This document shows, piece after piece, positions 13,690-23,156 of a stretch of DNA of 64,000 bases. Source of the DNA: Lingula anatina (Eukaryota; Animalia; Brachiopoda); NCBI GenBank assembly GCA_051362555.1, contig CM120640.1:26584225-26648224 (forward strand), written 5' to 3'. Both the position numbers and the translations under genes were made by a program. The notes beneath the pieces are model-generated. The model saw only the letters and a list, made by a program, of their open reading frames with translations. It made no database searches and was not told where the DNA came from. Every line of letters begins with the position of its first letter. Positions within the stretch are counted from its first letter, which is position 1.

Positions 13690-13800
13690 TCGGGCCGTGG
13701 GGAAAACCCGTCTTAACCCTTCGTGGGGAATGCCGGGAAAGTGCCCACGCCCGGATAATTCGGTACTTATAACATGACGAAATCGGTTTCTATTGGCACG
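13690..13800 (-). promoter_or_regulatory. Putative TATA promoter with a cluster of NF-kB-like sites
   Basis: Minus strand: CCAAT (13796-13792), TTTCGTCAT, TATAAGTA (from 13771) and a CA initiator ~29 nt downstream (13742). Plus strand: GGGGAAAACCC (13699-13709), GGGGAATGCC (13725-13734), GGGAAAGTGCCC (13735-13746). CpG-rich island from about 13070 to 13850. Confidence 0.45.
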
Positions 13801-16378
13801 GCGCTGCGTACAGTTCAAGAATCGTCCCGTTTTAGACAGCATTGTGTGACGGAATAACCTTTGCCTTGACTAACTATTCTCTATATATACTATACACGAG
13901 GTGAAGCCTAAAAACTTATTAAAGTAATTCTTACAGAAAAAGGCACTGAAGCCAATAAAAAACTAACAAGAGACATAACAATTAAACAGAATCATTTTGA
14001 CTTTATCTTGGAGAATTAAAATCATAAATAAAGTTAATCATTTTACAACTGCAAGCATCTTTCAAAACTTTATAATAGTTCTCTTTATGATAAAATGCAA
14101 ACAGATTCAAGTAATATAATTATAACTCGGGAATATCAATGATTTCAACTAAACTTTGATATATAATTCGACTTAAAATACCAGGTTTCTAAAATGTAAC
14201 TTTGCACTGAAATCGCAACTACCTGCATGATACAAGTACAATATAAAGCAAGCTTGCTTCAAAATATTTCGAATCTCACATTACACTGTATGACCTCCCA
14301 TGTAAATTTCAATCTGAATTTTTTTTGATCCGGAGAAAAGGTGCATATGTGATGAAGTGGATGTATTTGTCAACTATAACACTTGAGAAAATCTGAATAT
14401 TAGTAATGTGATCTCTATCTTGAGAGATGACAGCATCTCTCAAGAAGAGCAGACTGTACAAAAAATATAATGAAATATTTTCTCACACGTAAAATATTTC
14501 ATTACAGATTTTGCACAATCTATCAATGTAAAATCTCTTCATGTAAAAGCGTTTACATGAAGTCAGATTTTACAAAGATGTGAGGGTTTGTTAGTAAGGT
14601 TAGTGTGCAGGTTAAGACCTTTTCAAATGTCATACTGACAAACAACTCCACATCATCAAAAGCACAAATTTGAAAAATGACCATCTCAGATTGAAACAAA
14701 ACACAGACGACCACGAGTGGTGGGAATGTTTTTGTGAGCAAAAAACTATCTGCATTCAGAATGTGGATAAAGCAACTCTATATTCAAATTTATTAATATA
14801 ATAATTATAGCAACTGTAGAGGTAGACTTTTCCTACAGAAGCACACATCTTATTCAATTGATCTTGTATGGAATGAAGAATTATCTTGAACCTCAGTTTT
14901 CTCTTCTGTTATTGAAATAAAATGGTTCACTGCATAAGGCATAAAATACAAATGAAATTTGATGCAATTTCACCTGACATGTTTGTAATCCATGAACCCC
15001 AAATATTCTCAGTATCCAAAAGACTGATACATTATTAGACTGTATTCCCACTACATTCAGTACTGTATATTGCCTTCATTACCATTCCGCATTCTTTATA
15101 TTTGTTTGCAGAACAAGCCGTGTCCTTCAACACCAAAACTCGTGGGATGTCCGAGCATCCATGAAAGTGTCCACAGGGCTCCTTGCTAACGCTGTACAGT
15201 GTTCAACATCTTGGACATTTGGTCTTGGGTCGACGTTATCTGACATCATGCAGGCGTAATTATTGGAAAACTCCCAATTCGTAGCCTACAAATGAAATCC
15301 AACTTTTACTCAAAAGTATGAAAAGCTATATCGAAAGCTTGCAGTACCTGCAACAAAGAAAGTATATCACTGGTATTTACACACCGTTAACATTAATGAA
15401 AAGTTTGGTTCTTAAAATGATCAGAGCGTTATTTCCAAATGTACAGTGAAATATGCTTCCTTTATTGAAATATATATATTAACTTTTTAGAGTAAGTAGA
15501 CAGCAGTCTTCAAAAAATAAATTATTTCAAACATTTGACAAAAAAGTAAGAAAAGATGTTGCTACATTGAATATTGTAATGTTAGCCTACATGTTAAATT
15601 GTTGACTGTCTGTGCTACTTCTAATTCTACTGTTTGTTTACATAGGATATAGGACTGTCAATAATAAGAAACGCCATAATACACCAATAATAATACTTAA
15701 AAAATTCAGAACCACTTTTCTTAAGTTGTTGATCCCCAATAACTTACAAAGTTATCTGTATAAAGATCCCTCAATCCTGAAGAAGTGTTTCATCTGGAGG
15801 TTTGGTAGTTGCAATCTTCATTTTTAGAATCCACCACTTTTGGTAGCCTGCAAATTTAAATTATTACTTCAAAATGTAATAAAAGTCAACCATTTGTATA
15901 TGAAATGTGTTTTTAAAGTTTCAGCAGTTTGATGGGAAATAAATATCAAAAGCACTTTTGTCACAAACTTGGAAAAAACATTCAAGCGAAATATTTTGAC
16001 ATGCCACTGGCGACCTTCAGACTTAATATCACAATGGGGTATTGCATAAATTAGTTTTAACGAAGGAAAAGGAACACTAACAGCATTCAAACGACTCTAC
16101 TCAAAGACAAGTTTAAGTAAAGCCTGATCAATCTAGATCCAGCGGGAGGAGTGTACTAGTATTCCATCAAGTGTTTAATTTGTGAAGGATTTATATGGGA
16201 GAGAAAGAGAAAGTTGAACGTTAGAGTTAAAGAACACGGGAAGGAATAAGAAAGGGTACCCGAAGAGGGAAAAATTCACAATATAGAGAGATGGAAATAA
16301 ATACTCACTTCTACGGTGGCCTTTTATTACCACAACCACAGCACTGGAGGTGGGGGTGGTAGCTGCTAGTATACAATT

Positions 16379-16812
16379 TCTGGACCAGTGACAACGTCCC
16401 GGAGTCACATTGGTGGCGGTGGGTGTTGGGGGCGGTAGCTCCAAGTAATCTGGACCAGTAACCACGCCCTGGAGTCACATTGGTGGTGGTGGGTGGTGGG
16501 GGCGGTAGCTCCAAGTAATCTGGACCACTGACCACGCCTCGGAGTCACATTGTTGGTGGTGGGTGGTGGGGGCGGTAGCTCCAAGTAATCTGGACCACTG
16601 ACCACGCCTCGGAGTCACATTGTTGGTGGTGGGTGGTGGGGGCGGTAGCTCCAAGTAATCTGGACCAGTGACCACGCCTCGGAGTCACATTGGTGGTGGT
16701 GGGAGCGGTAGCTCCAAGTAATCTGGACCAGTGACCACGCCCCGGAGTCACATTGGTGGTGGTGGGTGGTGGGGGCGGTAGCTCCAAGTAATCTGGACCA
16801 TTGACAACGTCC
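16379..16812. repeat. 70-bp G-rich tandem repeat, 6 units (one 63 bp)
   Basis: tctggacca recurs at 16379, 16449, 16519, 16589, 16659, 16722 and 16792. Confidence 0.95.
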
Positions 16813-18264
16813 TGCAGAATATTGAGACTGTTGAGGATCTGAAAGTTGACGAATGGCATGTCAAAATATTTTGTATGAATGATAAGGTTTTTCCACATCT
16901 GTGACAAATTAAAAGAGCTTTTTACCTGTGAAAAATGAGCACTGAATTTGCTAGAGTAAATTGTAAATGGAAAACAAATGCCTGCACCGAGTGACAGGTC
17001 CCAAACATTCTTAAAACAATTGTCTAAGACCTTGCACAAAATGCTCAGTTTGTTGGAGTTGCACTGATAAAAGATTTGTATTATCTATACAATGAATGAC
17101 AATCTAGTTAATTTACCCTTATCCTGTCCCACAACTTACCTTGAATGCTCTCTAATCAACTATTGAAGGGCTCTTGAAACACTATATGATATAGCTGACA
17201 TGGCTTTCTCCATTTTAGCCTTGTTAACCTTGTTAAAATGGACCGTCATCAGGACAGGCGCTCGCCAATGCTATCTGCCTCAACTACAAAATAAAAAAAA
17301 TTATAAGTCAAAAGTTTCCCTCTTTACTTCTCCCACCCAAATCCAATCTACTAACCATAAATATCTTAATCCTAGGAGTGGGTCATGGGTAAAAGACATT
17401 GCCTTCTGAATTTGAGCTGTCAAATTAACGTGGCTAACGGTTTTTAGTTTTTCAAGGTATGAAAAGTCACTTAAGTGTTTTGTTTTCCCCAAAAAAAACA
17501 TGAGTGATATGTACCTTTTAAGGGTTTCCATCTCTGTGAAACGCCATATGCTTCTGATGCTCCCCCATGCAGCCCCCTAACATACAGACCATGGCAGGAC
17601 TCAACCATGCACCAAGGATTGAATGTGACCCTCTTCTTGCACCTCTTTCAAAAAAGCGGGACTTTATCAGGAATTGCCCTAATTGAGTTCTGTAAATAGA
17701 GAGGAAAATTTGATTAGTTTTCAAAAATTGTATATCAAAAGCAGTCTGCAGACAGAAAAATTGTTGGAATCGGTAGATTTCCAGAATGTGTCAATTTGGT
17801 GACATGGCTGTTAGATTTTTTCTATAAGTATGAAAAAGAGCTTTTGATTCATTTTAAATGTAACTGTTACATCATGATTCGAGAAAAATGTCAAGGTCTT
17901 GTTAATACAAATATTAATGCAATCCAGTCTAGTCCTATTGAACTTTGTATTCGAACCAGTGAATCAAGATTCAGACATCTATATCTAGTTTTTAGGAAAG
18001 AAGGTGGACTGAATGGCCAGTAGGGTGAAAAGTTTATGGCATAGACTGCTGCTGAAAAATTAATTTTAGTGTATTGTTCTCGCCAGTAACACGGGTTACC
18101 TTGCAGGTTTTTCCGCCTCAGTGAAACACCATATGCTTCAGACGCTTCTCCAATGCAGCCTCTTCAACAGACCGTGGCAGGACTCACTGGCACCAAGGAT
18201 TGAGGGATGTATCGGAAGTGTGCACGTGGCCCTCTTCTCCTTGCAGTTGCCATGAAACGTTGGA

Positions 18265-18642
18265 CAGGACTCGCTAGACGCTTCCTAGTGCAGCCACCTC
18301 GTAGACAGACCATGGCAGGACTCGCTGGACGCTTCCCCAGTGCAGCCACTTCATAGACGGACCATGGCAGGACTCGCTGGACGCTTCCCCAGTGCAGCCA
18401 CCTCGTAGACGGACCATGGCAGGACTCGCTGGACGCTACCCAAGTGCAGCCACCTCGCAGATAGACCATGGCAGGACTCGCTGGACGCTTCCCCAGTGCA
18501 GCCACCTCGCAGATAGACCATGGCACGACTCGCCGGACGCTTCCTTAATGCAGCCACCTCGTAGACAGGCCATGACAGGACTCGCTGGACGCTTCCCCAG
18601 TGCAGCCACATCAAAGAGACAGACCATGGCAGGACTCGCTGG
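18265..18642. repeat. 52-bp GC-rich tandem repeat, block A (7 units)
   Basis: caggactcgctggacgcttccccagtgcagccacctcgtagacagaccatgg units start at 18265, 18316, 18368, 18420, 18472, 18524 and 18576, partial at 18630. Confidence 0.95.
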
Positions 18643-18808
18643 CACCAAGGAATGGTCAAAGTAGCTTAAGTGTAGATTTGGGACGTCTCCTTGCAGTTGT
18701 GTTCTGTCAACAGAAAGAAAAATGAATTAATGACTTTTCATACTATGTCAGCACTCTGCAGTCAGGCTTACCTTTAAGTGGTTTCCATCTCATTGAAACA
18801 CCACATGA

Positions 18809-19237
18809 CAAGACTCGCTGGACGCTTCCCCAGTGCAGCCACCTCGTAGACAGACCATGGCAGGACTCGCTGGACGCTTCCCCAGTGCAGCTACCTCATA
18901 GCCAGACCATGACAGGACTCGCTGGACGCTTCCCCAGTGCAGCCACCTCGTAGACAGACCATGGCAAGACTCGCTGGACGCTTCCCCAGTGCAGCCACTT
19001 CGTAGACAGACCATGACAGGACTCGCTGGACGCTTCCCCAGTGCAGCCACTTCGTAGACAGACCGTGGCAAGACTCGCTGGACGCTTCATAAGTGCAGCC
19101 ACCTCGTAGACAGACCATGTCAGGACTCGCTGGACGCTTCCCCGGTGCAGCCACCTCGTAGACAGACCATGACAGGACTCGCTGGACGCTTCCCCGGTGC
19201 AGCCACCTCGTAGACAGACCACGGCAGGACTCGCTGG
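18809..19237. repeat. 52-bp GC-rich tandem repeat, block B (8 units)
   Basis: Same unit starting at 18809, 18861, 18913, 18965, 19017, 19069, 19121 and 19173, partial at 19225. Confidence 0.95.
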
Positions 19238-19297
19238 CTCCAAGGGATGGTCGAAGTAGCTTAAGTGTAGATGTGGGGTGTCTCCTTGCAGTTGTGT

Positions 19298-21130
19298 CCT
19301 GTAAACAGAAATAAAAACGAGATTAGATTTCTTTCATTTCTCAAAGCCCCCTTCCAAAAAGAAAAAAGATTACATACCTTAAGGAGTGTAGTCAAAGTCC
19401 CACAGGTGGCGCCCATCATCTTCTATGTCCTGTAAACAGAAATAAAAACGAGATTAGATTTCTTTCATTTCTCAAACTTCCCTTCCAAAAAGAAAAAAAG
19501 ATTACATACCTTAAGGAGTGTAGTCGAAGTCCCACAGGTGGCGCCCATCATCTTCTATGTCCTGTAAACAGAAATAAAAACGAGATTAGATTTCTTTCAT
19601 TTCTCAAACCTCCCTTCCAAAAAGAAAAAAAGATTACATACCTTAAGGAGTGTAGTCGAAGTCCCACAGGTGGCGCCCATCATCTTCTATGTCCTGTAAA
19701 CAAAAAATAAAAACGAGATTAGATTTCTTTCATTTCTCAAACTTCCCTTCCAAAAAGAAAAAAAGATTACATACCTTAAGGAGTGTAGTCGAAGTCCCAC
19801 AGGTGGCGCCCATCATCTTCTATGTCCTGTAAACAGAAATAAAAACGAGATTAGATTTCTTTCATTTCTCAAACTCCCCTTCCAAAAAGAAAAAAAGATT
19901 ACATACCTTAAGGAGTGTAGTCGAAGTCCCACAGGTGGCGCCCATCATCTTCTATGTCCTGTAAACAAAAAATAAAAACGAGATTAGATTTCTTTCATTT
20001 CTCAAACCCCCCTTCCAAAAAGAAAAAAGATTACATACCTTAAGGAGTGTAGTCGAAGTCCCACAGGTGGCGCCCATCATCTATGTCCTGTAAACAGAAA
20101 TAAAAACGAGATTAGATTTCTTTCATTTCTCAAACTTCCCTTCCAAAAAGAAAAAAAGATTACATACCTTAAGGAGTGTAGTCGAAGTCCCACAGGTGGC
20201 GCCCATCATCTTCTATGTCCTGTAAACAGAAATAAAAACGAGATTAGATTTCTTTCATTTCTCAAACTCCCCTTCCAAAAAGAAAAAAAGATTACATACC
20301 TTAAGGAGTGTAGTCGAAGTCCCACAGGTGGCGCCCATCATCTTCTATGTCCTGTAAACAAAAAATAAAAACGAGATTAGATTTCTTTCATTTCTCAAAC
20401 CCCCCTTCCAAAAAGAAAAAAGATTACATACCTTAAGGAGTGTAGTCGAAGTCCCACAGGTGGCGCCCATCATCTTCTATGTCCTGTAAACAGAAATAAA
20501 AACGAGATTAGATTTCTTTCATTTCTCAAACTCCCCTTCCAAAAAGAAAAAAAGATTACATACCTTAAGGAGTGTAGTCGAAGTCCCACAGGTGGCGCCC
20601 ATCATCTTCTATGTCCTGTAAACAGAAATAAAAACGAGATTAGATTTCTTTCACTTCTCAAACTCCCCTTCCAAAAAGAAAAAAAGATTACATACCTTAA
20701 GGAGTGTAGTCGAAGTCCCACAGGTGGCGCCCATCATCTTTTATGTCCTGTAAACAGAAATAAAAACGAGATTAGATTTCTTTCACTTCTCAAACTCCCC
20801 TTCCAAAAAGAAAAAAAGATTACATACCTTAAAGAGTGTAGTCGAAGTCCCACAGGTGGCGCCCATCATCTTCTATGTCCTGTAAACAGAAATAAAAACG
20901 AGATTAGATTTCTTTCATTTCTCAAACCCCCCTTCCAAAAAGAAAAAAAATTACATACCTTAAGGAGTGTAGTCGAAGTCCCACAGGTGGCGCCCATCAT
21001 CTTCCATATCCTGTAAACAGAAATAAAAACGAGATTAGATTTCTTTCATTTCTCAAACCCCCCTTCCAAAAAGAAAAAAAAGATTACATACCTTAAGGAG
21101 TGTAGTCGAAGTCCCACGGGTGGCGCCCAC
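19298..21130 (-). repeat. 132-bp tandem repeat, 14 units, each a ~80-nt GT-AG intron plus a 52-nt exon
   Basis: cctgtaaac recurs at 19298, 19429, 19561, 19693, 19826, 19958, 20087, 20219, 20351, 20483, 20615, 20747, 20879 and 21010. The minus strand reads AAG|GTATGT...CTAAT..pyrimidine tract..TTTACAG|GAC. Confidence 0.93.
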
Positions 21131-21486
21131 CAGTTTGCAGTCTGCTTCCTGGACCTGTAATAAAAAGAAACCTGGAAAGCATGGGAATATGCAATGACAC
21201 TACGACTCCAGCCCACGACAGCAAAAAGGTGAAGTATCCTGCGAAGATGACCGAGCGACGATTCCTCGTGGGGAGAAGCGAAGATTTTAGCTGGCCAGCT
21301 AAGAGAAACGCCGAATCCACCGTCTAGACGTCTGCGTGTGCAGGGAACAATATGTCGAAGAGCGATGCGTTGACGTAGGATGAGTAGAAGATTGGGAGAA
21401 ATGGGAGTCGACTCCCGTGTCCTTTGTTCTTGATACAGGGCGCAGCACATGGCATCCGTCCTGTTGCTCTAGATCTGTCCGCTGTT

Positions 21487-21570
21487 GAGTGAACGCACTT
21501 TTAAAATTTTGCGCTTTTATACCTTTGTTGACGTATAGTCACATGATGGCGTTCTTGTTGTCACCAATGG
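21487..21570 (-). promoter_or_regulatory. TATA/Inr core promoter
   Basis: TATAAAAG at 21521-21514 lies exactly 31 nt upstream of the A in TTCACTC (21490). Upstream are a TGACG half-CRE (~21529), an E-box GTCACATGA (21538-21546) and CCAAT (21564-21568). Confidence 0.7.
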
Positions 21571-22080
21571 TCAACTTGTTCAAAGGGGATGGCCTTTGAT
21601 AGTGATGTGCAAAGTTGGTAATAATATCTTATCAACATATACATTTTCTTTTATATTTTATATTTTGATTATTCTGCCTGTCAGTTTGTTTATAATAAGA
21701 GTAATAAGTTCTAAGCAATGTCTGTGAAATGTGCAGGCAAATTTGATGAAAATTTCTGAACAATATACCTTCTCCCTAAAATTTTTATAGGTACGATGTC
21801 CGTTAAGCTGGTAGCTGTGAACTTCTCGCAGGCTACTTTAGTGTGCGTGTATTTGAACACTGATCCAAAATGTGGATAATGTAATTTGGCGTAGGGTGAC
21901 TGCATTTTTGAGGCAGCCTGAGGGAGTATGGTTGTTCTGATTGTAGTGAATTGTAGAGAGACAATTGGAAGTACACTGGACTTAGCATGTTCAGTCACCC
22001 AAGTACTCTGAAACACATTTTGTAATCAGCTGACTTGTTATTCTGAAAAATGAAAAAACAAATTATATTGATTTACAAAA

Positions 22081-22401
22081 CTGGAAGATAGAAGCAGTGG
22101 ATCATATTACTTATGCCAGGCAGAAGAAACGACTGAATGTATATTTTTATATTCAAAACGTCTACTGATTTAGGTAATAATTAATAGCCTGGAAGATAGC
22201 AGCAGTGGATCATATTACTAATGCAAGGCAGAAGAAACGAGTGAATGTATATTTTTATATTCAAAACGTCTACTGATTTAGGTAATAATTAATAGCCTGG
22301 AAGATAGCAGCAGTGGATCATATTACTAATGCAAGGCAGAAGAAACGAGTGAATGTATATGTCTATATTCAAAACGTCTACTGATTTAGGTAATAATTAA
22401 C
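22081..22401. repeat. 108-bp tandem repeat, 3 units
   Basis: ctggaagatag..gcagtggatcatattac recurs at 22081, 22189 and 22297. Confidence 0.92.
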
Positions 22402-22931
22402 AACTGACGTCTCCCTTCATGGCGTCGGGTTATCAGTACTCCCACACCAGTAACATGAGTTATGAGTTAAGCAGAAACAGAAAAAGATTTTTTATAAAGA
22501 TAATGCAAGTATATGTGTAGGCCCATTTATCTTTTTTTATATTACTAAACGTAAGAATTGTTTGTCCAAGTGAAACTTTACTTACATCAGCCTAGCAACT
22601 AAATCTGACGTTTTAACGTCTCCGAAAATAACTAGAATTTTTTGAATAACGCAATAATGCGGCCACCTTCGAGGTGTCGCCCGGTTTTTAAAAATTGAAA
22701 AAAGAAACTTTTCGGGGCGTCTTTTGTCGCGGGTCATTATTTTCAGTTGTTTGATGTTTTTTGGTAATATTTTAGCCATTGATAGAATCTATAATTCAGT
22801 TACATCCACGATTAGCTAGACGAAATGGTGACAGGGAAAAGTCAAATTTTTTAAACGGCAAAAACTGCATTCTCTTAGAAAGCAATTAGCAAACATTCAT
22901 TACCAGGCACTGTGAAAAATTCAACCGAAGT

Positions 22932-23156
22932 TGAAGACAAAATGTGTCAAAAATAAACGTGCATGTCGTAATACCTATTTAAAGCAGTATAATTTTTGTT
23001 AGTATTAAAAACGTGAGTCGGAAAATGTTTGCATAATTACATAAAAAACTAGAATTATCTCTTTATGTGACCACAGTTTACTCATGTGCCTTACATCATT
23101 CCCTTAAACCCTTTCCCAATATCGATTTCAGATATTTTTGACACATTTTGTCTTCA
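22932..23156. repeat. Perfect 24-bp inverted repeat with ~177-bp spacer
   Basis: tgaagacaaaatgtgtcaaaaata (22932-22955) and tatttttgacacattttgtcttca (23133-23156). Confidence 0.85.

Larger units (their letters stand above)
15100..21490 (-). other. Multi-exon, repeat-built transcription unit (lncRNA or decayed protein-coding gene, possibly TE- or virus-derived)
   Basis: Consistent minus-strand splice sites define exons at ~21490-21092, 13 microexons in 21010-19378, 19298-18772, 18703-18100, 17689-17515, 17283-17140, 16898-16309, 15847-15748 and 15285 onward. Donors are GTATGT, GTAAGC, GTAACC, GTACAT, GTAAGT, GTGAGT. No frame stays open through the exons; the longest plausible spliced ORF is ~150 aa from ATG 21450 and shows no recognisable domain. 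Confidence 0.6.

Noticed and set aside
17195-17265. Hammerhead ribozyme on the minus strand (CTGATGA...9-bp stem...GAAA)
   Set aside because: Three unpaired bases separate CTGATGA from the stem, and no compatible stem I/III with an NUH cleavage site could be built.
17560-17645. KKRVTF PP1-docking motif suggesting a GADD34/ICP34.5-like protein
   Set aside because: The downstream W...ARDR.RF signature is absent and the frame is not conserved in the paralogous exons.
16175-19243. Stacked ORFs in the track treated as separate genes
   Set aside because: They are frame-rotation products of the 70-bp and 52-bp repeats; none spans its exon.
18265-21130. CRISPR-like array
   Set aside because: Units are wholly repeated with no unique spacers, the context is eukaryotic and no cas genes are present.
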